Counted from the stretch's first letter, positions 15,001 to 28,550 are shown. The stretch is 64,000 nt of DNA from Eledone cirrhosa (GCA_964016885.1 OZ024742.1:39618001-39682000), one strand, 5' to 3'. Made by a program: numbers and translations. The notes: generated from the sequence alone by a model not told the origin.

Positions 15001-16661
15001 CAACATTATACGGTCTAACTAAGGATATTACTGTAGATTTCACGTTAAAATAGTACCGAAAACATTATACGGTCTAACTAAGGATATTACTGTAGATTTC
15101 ACGTTAAAATAGTACCGACAACATTATACAGTCTAACTAAGGATATTACTGTAGATTTCACGTTAAAATAGTACCGACAACATTATACGGTCTAACTAAG
15201 GATATTACTGTAGATTTCACGTTAAAATAGTACCGACAACATTATACGGTCTAACTAAGGATATTACTGTAGATTTCACGTTAAAATAGTACCGACAACA
15301 TTATACGGTCTAACTAAGGATATTACTGTAGATTTCAGGTTAAAATAGTACCGACAACATTATACGGTCTAACTAAGGATAATACTGTAGATTTTACGTT
15401 AAAATAGTACCGACAACATTATACGGTCTAACTAAGGATATTACTGTAGATTTCACGTTAAAATAGTACCGACAACATTATACGGTCTAACTAAAGATAT
15501 TACTGTAGATTTCACGTTAAAATAGTACCGACAACATTATACGGTCTAACTAAGGATATTACTGTAGATTTTACGTTAAAATAGTACCGACAACATTATA
15601 CGGTCTAACTAAGGATATTACTGTAGATTTCACGTTAAAATAGTACCGACAACATTATACGGTCTAACTAAGGATATTTACTGTAGATTTTACGTTAAAA
15701 TAGTACCGACAACATTATACGGTCTAACTAAGGATATTACTGTAGATTTCACGTTAAAATAGTACCGACAACATTATACGGTCTAACTAAAGATATTACT
15801 GTAGATTTCACGTTAAAATAGTACCGACAACATTATACGGTCTAACTAAGGATATTACTGTAGATTTCACGTTAAAATAGTACCGACAACATTATACGGT
15901 CTAACTAAAGATATTACTGTAGATTTCACGTTAAAATAGTACCGACAACATTATACGGTCTAACTAAGGATATTACTGTAGATTTTACGTTAAAATAGTA
16001 CCGACAACATTATACGGTCTAACTAAGGATATTACTGTAGATTTTACGTTAAAATAGTACCGACAACATTATACGGTCTAACTAAGGATATTACTGTAGA
16101 TTTCACGTTAAAATAGTACCGACGACATTATACGGTCTAACTAAAGATATTACTGTAGATTTCACGTTAAAATAGTACCGACAACATTATACGGTCTAAC
16201 TAAGGATATTACTGTAGATTTCACGTTAAAATAGTACCGACAACATTATACGGTCTAACTAAAGATATTACAGTAGATTCCACGTTAAAATAGTACCGAC
16301 AACATTATAGGGTCTAACTAAAGATATTACAGTAGATTTCACGTTAAAATAGTACCGACAACATTATACGGTCTAACTAAAGATATTACTGTAGATTTCA
16401 CGTTAAAATAGTACCGACAACATTATACGGTCTAACTAAAGATATTACTGTAGATTTCACGTTAAAATAGTACCGACAACATTATACGGTCTAACTAAGG
16501 ATATTACTGTAGATTTCACGTTAAAATAGTACCGACAACATTATACGGTCTAACTAAAGATATTACTGTAGATTCACGTTAAAATAGTACCGACAACATT
16601 ATACGGTCTAACTAAGGATATTACTGTAGATTTCACGTTAAAATAGTACCGACAACATTAT
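12006..16661. repeat. 59-bp tandem minisatellite (about 79 highly homogeneous copies)
   Basis: Unit CATTATACGGTCTAACTAAGGATATTACTGTAGATTTCACGTTAAAATAGTACCGACAA. Variants are mainly AAG/AAA, TTTC/TTTT and a 58-bp TTC form. Confidence 0.98.
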
Positions 16662-17424
16662 CCAACGTATCCTTACGGATTTAACAACCACAGTAACAAC
16701 AATTGCCGTAATTTTAATGGACAAACCAATATAACATTTTCAGCTTTCTCTAAAAATCGAATTGTGATTTCGATTAGAAATTCGAGTTCGATGATTTGTA
16801 TGTCTTTAATTATTATATTTTTTTTTTTCGTTTCATGAAAGCATCTCAGTGATTTTACTTTAGAAATGAAAAATAAAAATTGAAAAATATATAAACAAAT
16901 AAATAAACAAATAAATTTAAAATAACTTAAATCGAAATTTCCATCTCCTGTTGTAAAACAGTCTTGAGTTTCATGATAACAATGGGAAAACAAACAAACA
17001 AACACCCATTGACTCTTGAGACATTGATGGCTGATAACCGATCTAATATGGCTCCACGTCATTGTATATCCTTAAATATACACCTGCTATGTAATTGCCT
17101 CTAATTTTATCTAGGACGGACACAAGAAGAATAATGACTGTCATTTTTCGCATGGGGTAACCTGAGAAATCACCCAGGTGAGAGAATGACGTCATCAACG
17201 CAGTTGTAATTTTCTCATCAAATATTGTGTGAACGTACTGTAGCTCCCTGGCGTGATGGCGCCGAGAAAATGAATACTTAAGTATGTATGGCGAATGTAA
17301 GAAAACTGAAAAGAAAATGAGGTGAGTGAGTATGCTCCGCTGGATGAGTAATGTTAGTGTACATGAACAACGGAATACAGATGAGGGGAGGAATAAAACA
17401 AAACAAGGTATAATTAGAATCGAA

Positions 17425-17600
17425 GGCGGCCTTGTGGTTAAGTTGTGATTACGATTGTAATGTCAGGGATTCGATTTCTGCACTGTGTGGTGCGTTGTTT
17501 TTGAGCAAAATATTTTATTTCATGTTGCTCCAGTCAACTCAGTTGAAAATGAGTTCCGGTGGCAGCTGCGATGGACTGGCCTCTTGTCCGGGATGGTGAC
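17425..17600 (+). mobile_element. tRNA-derived SINE (family B-like)
   Basis: GGCCTTGTGGTTAAG A-box and GGATTCGATTTC B-box, then GAGCAAAATATTTTATTTCATGTTGCTCCAGTCAACTCAG core. Confidence 0.6.
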
Positions 17601-17686
17601 TTGTATTTTCAGTCGGTTAACACCAATTAAACCGGGATAAGCTCCGATGTGATGCATCTCCTGGCTTCAGACAGCCTTTAACTCAC

Positions 17687-17768
17687 CTATAGTGAGCAAA
17701 AGAGAGAATAATACGTCGGCGAGGACATATGATGCGTGTGAAGGATGACAGTTGAGTAAAGAGATGTC
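17687..17768 (-). other. Candidate 82-bp exon of an unidentified minus-strand transcript
   Basis: The minus strand has a long poly-T tract ending ACAG| as acceptor and AG|GTGAGT as donor, flanking unique non-repeat sequence. Confidence 0.45.
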
Positions 17769-18613
17769 CTGTAAAAAAAAAAAAAAAAAAAAAATGAACA
17801 GACGGAAGACATAGAAAGAAATGGTGAAGTCTGATCCCAGACGACTGGACTTCCTGAACGAGATGACGATGGACTGAAATAATTGACCAGACTCTGCTTT
17901 GGAGAATAGTTGTCTATTCCATGCAATACAAAAAAGCTAGTGATTTAAGACGCAGTTGGCCCCTGTTTGTGTAGTTCTAAATGTTACGTTGTGCAGTAAA
18001 TCTACGTTCTGTGCCAATACTTTCACTTACATGACAAATGACGGTTAAAAGACTTAAGACGCCATGAAATGTAAAGAAAATAGCAGTTTTAAATGCTTTT
18101 CAGACTCAGGGAATATCAAACACTAGTCACCTGATTAAAGATATGAGCAGTTCTAAAATTCCCTTAAACTAAAACCTGACATAAAGCAGGTGTCAAATTT
18201 TGTTGGCGATTTCTGTTAGCAGAAAGAATGGTTTCTGAAATAAACTGGAAGGCACACATTTGTGGGTTGAGCCACCGTCGAATTATCGAATCGAATAGTT
18301 ATCAATCAAGATTTGAATTCAGAATGCGAACAGCCCTAATTAATTAGAGTAAGACAAATGGTTGGGATGTTGAGTTGATGTAAAATCGTGAGTGTGATTC
18401 CGGCGAATAAAATAAATATGAATAAAATACAAAATCGATTTAATCAATATGTCTCTCCAGTGCAATGATTGGACTTTGTTTAGGCTTTAAAAAAATTCCT
18501 TATCAATATTTTTGCCAAAGACCATGTTCCCGAATTCGCTTATTTCTGATTACGTATGTTAGTTATCTATTTTAACAGAAATTTTCTAACTGTTTCGTTA
18601 AACATTTACTTAC

Positions 18614-18651
18614 CCCTCGCGGGTCACACACAGGGGAATATCAGAAGTAGG
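18614..18651 (-). other. Candidate 38-bp exon, same orientation
   Basis: The minus strand has acceptor TTGTTTTCATACAG| and donor GGG|GTAAGT. Confidence 0.4.
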
Positions 18652-19353
18652 CTGTATGAAAACAACACAAAGAGCTTGTTTATTTTTTGTCAGTTTTTGT
18701 TTGTTTGTTTGTTTGTTTGTTTGTTTGCTTGTTTGCTACTGAAATAAGCGAAAACCTTGCAGATGAGAGTTGTCAGTCGTTTAAACCAACCGGTGGGTGG
18801 TGTACTTCAGCTGACGTGGCACTTTAATCTCGTTAACTTTAGCTGATAACGTGGCGATTAATGCTACTTAAACTTTAACCTTGTTTGGAGAGGGAGATTT
18901 CGTCCAATTCATTTACAGAGAAGTTAAGCATCTTCTTCCTCCTTTTAAGCCGAAGTCACCTGGTAGATTTCTCTTCCCACCTCTGCCTTACCAATCCCTA
19001 TTTCCCGCCCACTACCTCTCTCGACTGATTAGACCCTAGAAACAATGGCTGCTTCTATTGCTTCGCGATTTAAACTCCGAATAGTCTATTCTAGATTAGA
19101 CAGACCATAACATTTAGGCGCCATCTGTTACGCTTTCATTTGTATAGCTTCTAAACTTACGTAGATATGCAATAGACGTCAGAAGCTATTTCTATTACAG
19201 AAATTTGACTTTTTTAGTTTTTGTTCCGGTCCAACATAGAGAGATTTGCGGATGGAATTTCGACACTCCTACATAGTCAGATTAACAGACGAGAGCAACG
19301 CAGCAACAGTGTCTCTATGGTTAAGTCAGGAAATCTCAAATGACCAAGTCAGT

Positions 19354-19385
<32 letters not shown>

Positions 19386-19530
19386 GCGCGCTTCTTTACT
19401 CCAGATGGAAATGTAGAGGCGGCTTTCTGATAAACGACGTGACTTGGACATTTTTAAAAACCCGGCGGAACCCATCCTTCTCCAGGACAGAGCACGGTGG
19501 ATTTCTTCCAGAGAGAAGGTGGATATATAT

Positions 19531-19709
19531 ATAACGAAGGAAGTGTGGTAAGGAACCAGGTGGACCATAACGCACCAGAGTACTCGATATTTAGGGTAGT
19601 AGAGTGGGTAATATGAAAAGAGTCAGGACCCTGACGGCTGAGCTCCGGCCGTTTCGACAGCTAGAAGTTGTCGAAACGGCCGGAGCTCAGCCGCCGGGGT
19701 CCTGACTCT

Positions 19710-19717
<8 letters not shown>
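19531..19717 (+). mobile_element. (TA)n-flanked PLE-type pLTR fragment with a 51-bp-arm palindrome and a hammerhead 3' half
   Basis: 19611-19717 is a hairpin with a 5-nt loop containing GAAA-CGGC..GAGCTC.GCCG-TC. An unrearranged relative lies inverted at 51471-51606. Confidence 0.6.
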
Positions 19718-19768
<51 letters not shown>

Positions 19769-19772
<4 letters not shown>

Positions 19773-19904
19773 GGAGGTGAGTTTTATTGTAGTACAATAA
19801 AGCAATGCAGATATCGGATAAGAAGCACTCTACAGTTTGTAGGACTGGAGTATACATAATATATAAGATCAAAAGATGGAACTCATTTAACCATCTTTTG
19901 ATCT

Positions 19905-19915
<11 letters not shown>
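19769..19915 (-). mobile_element. PLE pLTR 3' fragment with a short terminal inversion (same family as 57877-58315)
   Basis: Near-identical to 57877-57984. Ends in the palindrome ATAATATATAAGATCAAAAGATGG..CCATCTTTTGATCTTATATATTAT and has (TA)n on both sides. Confidence 0.7.
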
Positions 19916-19935
<20 letters not shown>

Positions 19936-20046
19936 CATATCATCTTTTGGAATGATGAAACCGTCGGTAACAGCAACAGAACAGGTGATTATTTAAATCG
20001 TTTTTTAATTTATTTAGAGAATTGTTTGATAACCGCTTGCTTTGCT

Positions 20047-20146
<100 letters not shown>

Positions 20147-21306
20147 AAAAAAAAAAGATAAAAGAAGAATCGGCCTCAGCACTGGGATTTTATCGGCGTC
20201 GAATGGATGAAATGCAAAGTTGACCTCGGTGCGATTTGAATTTAGAGCTCTGTCTCGGAACATATACTGAGCTATTTTTAAGCCGACACCCGTAAGGACT
20301 CTACAAATTGCTGCCTTCAAAGTTTACATGTAAAATGAATTTAAGAGATTACTTCTGAATTTCATGAACTTATCTCCTCTTTTCTATAAGGTTTGTCATT
20401 ACATCGTATTCTATCTAGCTTTCTGAGTTCTGAGTTCAAATTCCTTAGAGGTCAACTTCGTCTTTCAGCCTTTCGGCCGATCGGCAGAATTGTTAAAATG
20501 TCGGATTGTATGCGTTGCAATATATGATCCTGACTTCATATCTTGCCTCTTGTCTCCCGAAAAGCGGTCGCACTCCTACCAAAAGTTGTGACAGACAGAT
20601 AGTATCAGCAATGGAAAGACCAACGGGAATATATTTTCCTTGGTCCAATGTAATAGGCTTCTACCATTTCATTTCTTTGAGAATTGCTTACATTTGTCGC
20701 TAGTGTGTTGTTTTCTTGTTCCAAATAAGTGGAATATTTCAATTCCTTTGGAAGTCTTGCGAACGGCGAGTTCCTCATCAGAAGGTGTATATAATAGTTG
20801 AAATATAAGTAGAAGTTAGAGAGATTGCAGGGAGATATGGTAGACGGAAACAGACGTTCCATATGTCACTCGGCGGAAAAAAAAAAACGATTGTGCAATC
20901 TTTTTTCTACAAACAGCATCCCATTCTACATCTGACCACCATTCCATTGAAAACGTTGTATATATTGATGGATACATCTGTGTATCTGTGTATGTAAGCC
21001 GGTGTGATGAGTTGCGCCCCTTTAAGACTAAACAGGTACTTTGCTATTTAATAAATAGAGACTACTAAAATAATAAGCAGACAGCAACAAGTAGTTGGGT
21101 CGATATATGATCGTCAAAAAACATGGCTGCAATTCAAAGCCGGAAATCAGTAAAAGAATAAAAGAAGGAAAGAAAAAAAATTCGAGTTAATTTCCGGTGT
21201 GTAAATAGGCTTTAGAAGCAATTGAGAAGTAAATAGAAGATAAACTTCATGTTTGGGAGAGAGAGAGAAAGAATGTGTGTGTGTGAGAGAGAGAGAGAGA
21301 AGGAAT

Positions 21307-21445
<139 letters not shown>

Positions 21446-21796
21446 TGGTTGTGGTCATGAATACTATTAAGTATGATGACGATGATGATGGTGATGATGA
21501 TGACGACAACGTAGAAAACGACGACAAAGACGACAACGACGGCGACAGTAATAAAGACGATGGCATTGATGATGGTGGTGATGATGATGATGACATCGAA
21601 AAGAATAACGCCAATGATCATGGTGATGATGATGATGATGATGAGCATGTTGGTAGTGATGAAGAAGATGGCGACGATGAAAGAGATGGTGGAGACGTGT
21701 GTAGGCGTCGATAATGGCTGGGGCCACAATACGAAGAAACATTATATAAACACATCCCCACATATTCACACACACACACATGCACATATGTATGTA

Positions 21797-21862
<66 letters not shown>

Positions 21863-21995
21863 GAGGTTATATATAATTTGTTGGGATTCAACAAGCTTAA
21901 AAATATTTTTATAACTGATATAAAGCACTCAACAAGTTAGTGGAGTAAATACACAATATATTAATAAATGGAAACTATATTTATAAAACCATATT

Positions 21996-22061
21996 TATTT
22001 TATTATATATATTTCAAGGGCAACCAAGGCAAATTATGGTGCGCTTTCATCAGATAAAATA
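21996..22061 (-). ncRNA. Type I hammerhead ribozyme
   Basis: TATTTTAT-CTGATGA-AAGCGCACCA..TGGTTGCCCTT-GAAA-TATATA-TA-ATAAAATA. Stem I is 8 bp, stem II pairs, stem III is the palindrome ATATATAT. Confidence 0.8.
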
Positions 22062-22104
22062 CAGATTTGTTTTATAAATAAATATTTATTTATAAAACAA
22101 ATCA

Positions 22105-22151
22105 GTATTTTATCTGATGATGGTTGCCCTTGAAATATATATAATAAAATA
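22105..22151 (+). ncRNA. Hammerhead copy with a 20-nt stem II deletion
   Basis: Inverted copy of 21996-22061 lacking the 5' arm of stem II. Confidence 0.55.
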
Positions 22152-22189
22152 AATATGGTTTCATAAATATAGTTTCCATTTATTAATAT

Positions 22190-22272
<83 letters not shown>

Positions 22273-22275
<3 letters not shown>

Positions 22276-22640
22276 AGTACAACCTGTCTCATGGTCGGGT
22301 CGTTGGCGACTAAACTGGCAACCCCACCAAGATTTCTTGGTGAGGAGGGTGACTTTGGACATCCTGCAGGACTAAAAACAAAACCTGTCAAAGGGCAAAG
22401 GAGCTCTTAAGAGTCATGGCCATCCAAAATCACCGTGAGAGATGACCCCTTAGCCTTTGTCAAGGCAGAATTCTAGGAGAAGGAAAACTCTGATATAACA
22501 CCTGCAACCCTGATGGTATCCAATGATGTTGACTTGTTCTTCTTTTTGGTAAATATCATCTTGGTTAAGAGAGTGGGACTGGCTTTGTGCAGTGCCTTTG
22601 CTCACTATAAAAGCTTCACGGCACAAGCATTGCTTTATAT
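22273..22640 (+). mobile_element. Interspersed repeat, probably an RTE-related non-autonomous element
   Basis: Shares CCCTAGCC(C/T)TTGTCA..GGAGAAGG..ACTCTGA and GAGTGGGA(C/T)TGGC..CTCACT..CTTCACG with 40330-40585, and the latter motif with 45710-45855. Confidence 0.55.
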
Positions 22641-22874
22641 CTGGAGATCTCTCTGCACTTGTCGTCACATGGTACCATGGGCCTAGCACTGTGTCAATAA
22701 TTGTCACAAGTGTAGTGTTTGTACCAGAGTTTTCAAGTCGCTGGCTGGACGAAAAAGTCACACTCGTTCAGCGCATCGTTAGGGGTTCTCCTACATGGAT
22801 ATAAAGTAGTGGCCGTACTCGAAAACGAGTTGGCGGCCACCATTTATAGATGTATGCATATATATGTATATATG

Positions 22875-22960
<86 letters not shown>

Positions 22961-22965
22961 TATAC

Positions 22966-22998
<33 letters not shown>

Positions 22999-23025
22999 AC
23001 TAAACAAAAAGGAAATACGAACACA

Positions 23026-23059
<34 letters not shown>

Positions 23060-23347
23060 GTGTGCGTGGGGAGTGTGTGCATGTCTGATTGTGTGTATAT
23101 GTGAGCATGCGTGCGTGTGTGTATCTGTTTATGTATATCTGTATGTGCACGTGTTAATATGTCTGTATACGCCTGTGTGTATGTGAGTATATATGTACAG
23201 CCACCACCACCCCTTCATTAACAGCCAACAAGCTCACAGGTGTTTTCAGTTTGCGCATGTTTATCTTTGCCACTTATTTTCACCTATCGCTAAAACTCAT
23301 CTGATTCTATGATTTTTATAGGTTTACTCCGGCTTGGTAGTGTTGTG

Positions 23348-23379
<32 letters not shown>

Positions 23380-23391
23380 GTACTATAAATG

Positions 23392-23445
<54 letters not shown>

Positions 23446-23452
23446 ATAAATG

Positions 23453-23511
<59 letters not shown>

Positions 23512-23523
23512 GTACTATAAATG

Positions 23524-23581
<58 letters not shown>

Positions 23582-23589
23582 ATAAATGC
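23380..23589. repeat. 13-mer GTACTATAAATGC x4 embedded in variable (TA)n
   Basis: Copies at 23380, 23441, 23512 and 23577. Variant GTAATATAAATGC at 25207 and 25325. Confidence 0.85.
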
Positions 23590-23650
23590 TATATATATAT
23601 ATATATATATATAGAAAGATTTGAATGGATACAGTTTAGTTGAAAGGAAT

Positions 23651-23767
23651 TTATTGACACGTGTTTCTATAACAGTTACATAACCTAAAACAGCTATCTA
23701 CAAACTTTTAGTTATGCAGACATTCAATATTTCAATGTTATTATTTACTGTCATTTCATCAGAATAA
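23651..23767 (-). ncRNA. Type I hammerhead with a long branched stem II
   Basis: TTATT-CTGATGA-a-ATGACAGT...ACTGTTAT-a-GAAA-CACGTG-TC-AATAA. GUC triplet and palindromic ACACGTGT, with two internal hairpins in domain II. Confidence 0.75.
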
Positions 23768-24357
23768 TATTACTGAGGACCTATTTAGTTTTTATAGAGA
23801 ATATTAGGAGGAAGGGGTGAAGTTGTTAGAAGAATAGTTGAAGGAGTGGTTTTTCGATAGCAGTGAGAATTCTTGGTGGCAGTGATTAATTAGATTCCCA
23901 TCTGTTGTTTTGACATTTTTATAGAATATATTATTGGTTATTTTTCTAAATCTATAGAAGGATTAGAGATAGTAAAGATATGCGTGGTTGGTTTTGTGTT
24001 TGCACTTAACATTCAGACTTAAATTTTTCTTTCAAGTGTACGTATTCTTTCACCCACGCATTCACACACAAATATATTTGCACACCTCTACAAAAATACA
24101 TATACTCACAATTCACATATTCATACTTACATATATATACACATGCATACACATATATATACACACATGTATTCATGTACATACATACGCGCTCATGTGT
24201 ATACATTTTCATACTCAACTTATCTTTATATATACACACGTATAGACACACACATATATACATACATACTCTAGTCCATGTGTACACACATACACATACA
24301 TACACATCCATATACACATACATACATACACATATATATATACATATATACATATAC

Positions 24358-24388
<31 letters not shown>

Positions 24389-24411
24389 CACATACATATA
24401 TACACACATAT

Positions 24412-24446
<35 letters not shown>

Positions 24447-24717
24447 AGCACTTTAATACATGAATACACTTACATCTAACTATACACATCAAACATATAT
24501 ATATATTTACTTATTTATATACATTCTCACATATATATACACATACTTATGGACGTTTTTAGACACATTCATTATCGCATATTTGTACCTATTCTCATCA
24601 GCATATCTTTTCATTATTAGTATGGTAATTTAAGGTTATTAATATATGTTGAAAAGAGATTGTTTTTATATTTTTCTAACTAGATTAAGGTTTATATAGT
24701 TGGGGGATGTCCCTCTT

Positions 24718-25089
24718 TTATGTAATATTCGGCTTGTAGTGGGAAAAAAGGGTTTTAGTTCTGTGACGGCAGAATAATGTTCGTTCAATTCTGTTATTCA
24801 GCAGTTTCTTCTTGTGTGTGATTATGTAATAAATCTCAAGATTACACAATTTGCAGAAATTTTGGCTCCTGGAAAAGCTTTGGGTTTTAGCTAATTTTTC
24901 CCATTTTAGGGTAAACTTTTGATTGCTATCCCTGAGCGTCCAAGCTTTCTCTGCTAAAGTTGTTACATTTCTTTGGCTCTGGTGTTTTATTGAGTAAGAA
25001 TGCCTGTACAATCGAGATTTAAACGATGTTGCCGTTGATCCCACGTAATACCACTCGTTGCCTCCGGATTTAATGGTACACTTATAAAT
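24718..25089 (-). pseudogene. PLE GIY-YIG endonuclease domain (5'-truncated, no internal stops)
   Basis: [30 protein letters not shown]...CKLCNLE...LLNNRIE....CRH shows xIY-YVG, the R and E/N catalytic positions and a C-terminal CxxC..CRH. Confidence 0.88.
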
Positions 25090-25111
25090 ATATATATATC
25101 TATATATATAT

Positions 25112-25206
<95 letters not shown>

Positions 25207-25218
25207 GTAATATAAATG

Positions 25219-25327
<109 letters not shown>

Positions 25328-25336
25328 ATATAAATG

Positions 25337-25397
<61 letters not shown>

Positions 25398-25442
25398 TAT
25401 GTATATATATGTATATATATATATATGTATATATATGTATAG

Positions 25443-25474
<32 letters not shown>

Positions 25475-25504
25475 TATATATATATGTATATAGATATATA
25501 TGTA

Positions 25505-25547
<43 letters not shown>

Positions 25548-25551
25548 ATAT

Positions 25552-25583
<32 letters not shown>

Positions 25584-25652
25584 GTATGTATGTATATATA
25601 TATATGTATATATATATATAAATATATATATATACATACACACATATATGTA

Positions 25653-25751
<99 letters not shown>

Positions 25752-26241
25752 GTATGTATATATATACGTATGTATGTATGTGTATGTGTGTGGGATTGGT
25801 GGTGGTCTTGGCTCTATGAGACCTTGTGTGTGTGGTGATAGTGGTGGTCTGCGTTTTATGTAAAGTCGTGTGTGTGGTGTTGGTGGTTGTCTGGTCTCTA
25901 TGAGACGTGTATATGCGTATGTTGTGTGTATGTTGTGTGTATGCGTGTGTGTGTCTGTGTGTGTGTGGTAACGGTAGTGGTGGTTTGAGCATTAAGACGT
26001 CCTGTGTCTATGTGTGTGTATGTGGTGATGGTGGGACACTGAGCTCTTTGAGACGTCATGGATATGTCCTTCTGTGTGTGTGTGCGCGCGCGTGTTTGCA
26101 TGTGGTAATGGTGGTGGTGGTGGGGTTTCTGCAATACGTCGTGCATGTGTGTCCATATATATGTGTGTATGTGTGTATGTGTGTACGTGTCTATATATAT
26201 GTGTGTAGAGGGGTTGTTGATGTAAAACATAGTGTGTATAT

Positions 26242-26410
26242 ATGGTGGTGGTTGGTTCGTTGGTTGCGTGAAACGTGGTGCGTGGGTGTATGTATGGTGG
26301 TGGTTGGTTCGTTGGGTAGTTCGTTGGTTGCGTGAAACGTGGTGCGTGGGTGTATGTATGGTGGTGGTTGGTTCGTTGGGTAGTTCGTTGGTTGCGTGAA
26401 ACGTGGTTCG
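26242..26410. repeat. About 62-bp GT-rich tandem repeat (3 copies)
   Basis: GGTGGTTGGTTCGTTGG..TTGCGTGAAACGTGGT repeated. Confidence 0.8.
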
Positions 26411-26692
26411 TGTGTGTCGTACTACGACACAAATAAAGAGGTGATGTGGTTAAAACGTGCCACGCTATATGTCATATACACTGCTGCAATTAGCGAGAAT
26501 TCTAGAGCTTTTTAGTTCACCATTTTTCCTATTCTTTCTAATTCCCTTTTAATTTGTCTTCCTTGTTTCTTTGTTTCATCCCTTCCTTGTCATTTTCTTT
26601 CGGGATGTTTTGAAATTAACTTTTTTAATTCTTATCTTGTACGACGTGAAACTGCGTTGGCGGGACATTCTTGAAAAGTTCAAAAACACAGG

Positions 26693-26813
<121 letters not shown>

Positions 26814-26879
26814 TACACACACATATATACACACACACGCGCACTCACACACAATCACACACACACACATATATACACA

Positions 26880-27325
26880 CAAACATACACACATAGACAC
26901 GTACACGATGTCTTAATGCACGAACCGCCACCCCCATCACCATCACCACACACACACACACACACACACATTAACTATTGGAGCTTTTACTCTAAAATAG
27001 TAAATAACACACACACAAATATACACACACATGCACACAAACATACACACATATAGACGCACACGATGTCTTAATGCTTGGACCACCAATAACACCACCA
27101 CCATCGCCACACACACATTAACTATTGGGGCTTTTACTCTAAAATAATAAATACACACACAAATACACACAAATATACACACACAAATACACACACACAA
27201 ATATACACACACACATACACACAAACATACACACATATAGACACACGATCTCTTAATGCTCGGACCACCACCAACACAAACACAGACATTAACTATTAGA
27301 ATTTTTACTCTAAAATAATAAATAC
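26880..27325. repeat. About 170-bp degenerate tandem repeat (3 copies)
   Basis: CACGAT.TCTTAATGC...CATTAACTATT..G..TTTTACTCTAAAATA.TAAAT occurs three times. Confidence 0.75.
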
Positions 27326-27409
27326 ACTAAAAATATTTGAATTAACAACCATACGAAGTCACATTAGTAAAAAAATGTTGAACAGTACAAAACAGCACTA
27401 TTATAGCAT

Positions 27410-27590
27410 CGGTGAATTGGCAGTATCGGTAGAGGGTCGGACGCCATGCTTTCCAGCATAGTTACGTCCCTTTACGGTCTGAGTTCAAATCCCGTCGAGT
27501 TTAACTTTGCCTTTCATCCTTACGGGGTCGATAAAATAAAGTACCAGTAATGTACTGGGTAATTGCTGACCTTGTGCCAAAAGTAGAAAC
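27410..27590 (+). mobile_element. tRNA-derived SINE family A (Meta-domain-like)
   Basis: A box TGGCAGTATCGG, B box GAGTTCAAATCC, then CTTTGCCTTTCATCCTTACGGGGTCGATAAAATAAAGTACCAG. More than 15 copies or fragments in the window. Confidence 0.85.
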
Positions 27591-28322
27591 AACTATTATA
27601 GCATCTCATTAAAAATTGAAACTTTTAGTTTCACATTGTATGTCATCTAGTAAAGTTACTACATACATTTGAGTTAGCAAACAAATTAGTAAAACATTCT
27701 TGAAAATGTACAAAACAGCTCCACTACTGCATTATATTACCCGCCGAAGTTTGCTTTGCCTTTCATCCTTACCGGGTCGATAAAATAAATTAAGAGTTAC
27801 GCACTGGGGTCGGTTTAATCGACTTTTCCCTCCCCCAAAATTGCTGGTCTTGTGCCTAAATCAGAAACCATTATATCAAAAATTAATTTCTTTGGTTTAC
27901 TGCAAATTTCACAATGAGTTGTCCACTAATAAAGATGATATAAGCATTTGAATTAACAAATCTGTTTTTAGATATATTCTGCTGAATCATTACAGGATGT
28001 TAAGAGTTAATGTGATAGGCTTGTTAAATGGAAGCGGATGGAACGACTTGAGAGAGGCGAGTGAGGTGAGAGATTGTGTGAATATTTGTACGCTTAGTTA
28101 CATGTTTGGAAAATAGTAAGTGAGGAAGTGCTTACACGACTGTGTTTGTTAAGATGTTCGTTTCACAACATTGTGGTTCTGGTCTCGATTTCACTCTGGG
28201 CGTCTCTGCCAAAGCCGCGTAACAAAAATTACGAATTTTATACTTACACACACACACACACACACACACAGACACACACACAGGCACACACACAAACACA
28301 CACACACACACACGCGCGCACG

Positions 28323-28399
<77 letters not shown>

Positions 28400-28550
28400 G
28401 GTGGGCCAAAAGTCACTTCTTACCTATTTTTATTAATAAAACATATATATATATAAAATAACAACCCAACCAGGAACTGGGCATATCAGAATATTGACAA
28501 AGTTATACACCTCAACAACATGTGTATTCGTCTCTACCACACTAATTCGG

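Larger units (their letters stand above)
21860..22194 (-). mobile_element. (TA)n-flanked PLE pLTR with head-to-head foldback
   Basis: Palindrome 21953-22194 centred at 22083/22084 with no spacer. Family member at 53019-53169. Confidence 0.75.
23613..25090 (-). mobile_element. 5'-truncated Penelope-like retroelement (GIY-YIG end, 3' UTR/pLTR with hammerhead) inserted in (TA)n
   Basis: GIY-YIG ORF at 24718-25089, HHR at 23651-23767, (TA)n on both sides. Confidence 0.88.

Noticed and set aside
12006-16661. CRISPR-like appearance of the tandem arrays (also 23380 and 49678)
   Set aside because: There are no unique spacers and no cas genes, and the context is eukaryotic.
16673-17062. 129-aa minus-strand ORF near the candidate exons
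   Set aside because: No recognisable motif, the 3' half is low-complexity AT-rich, and there is no convincing donor.
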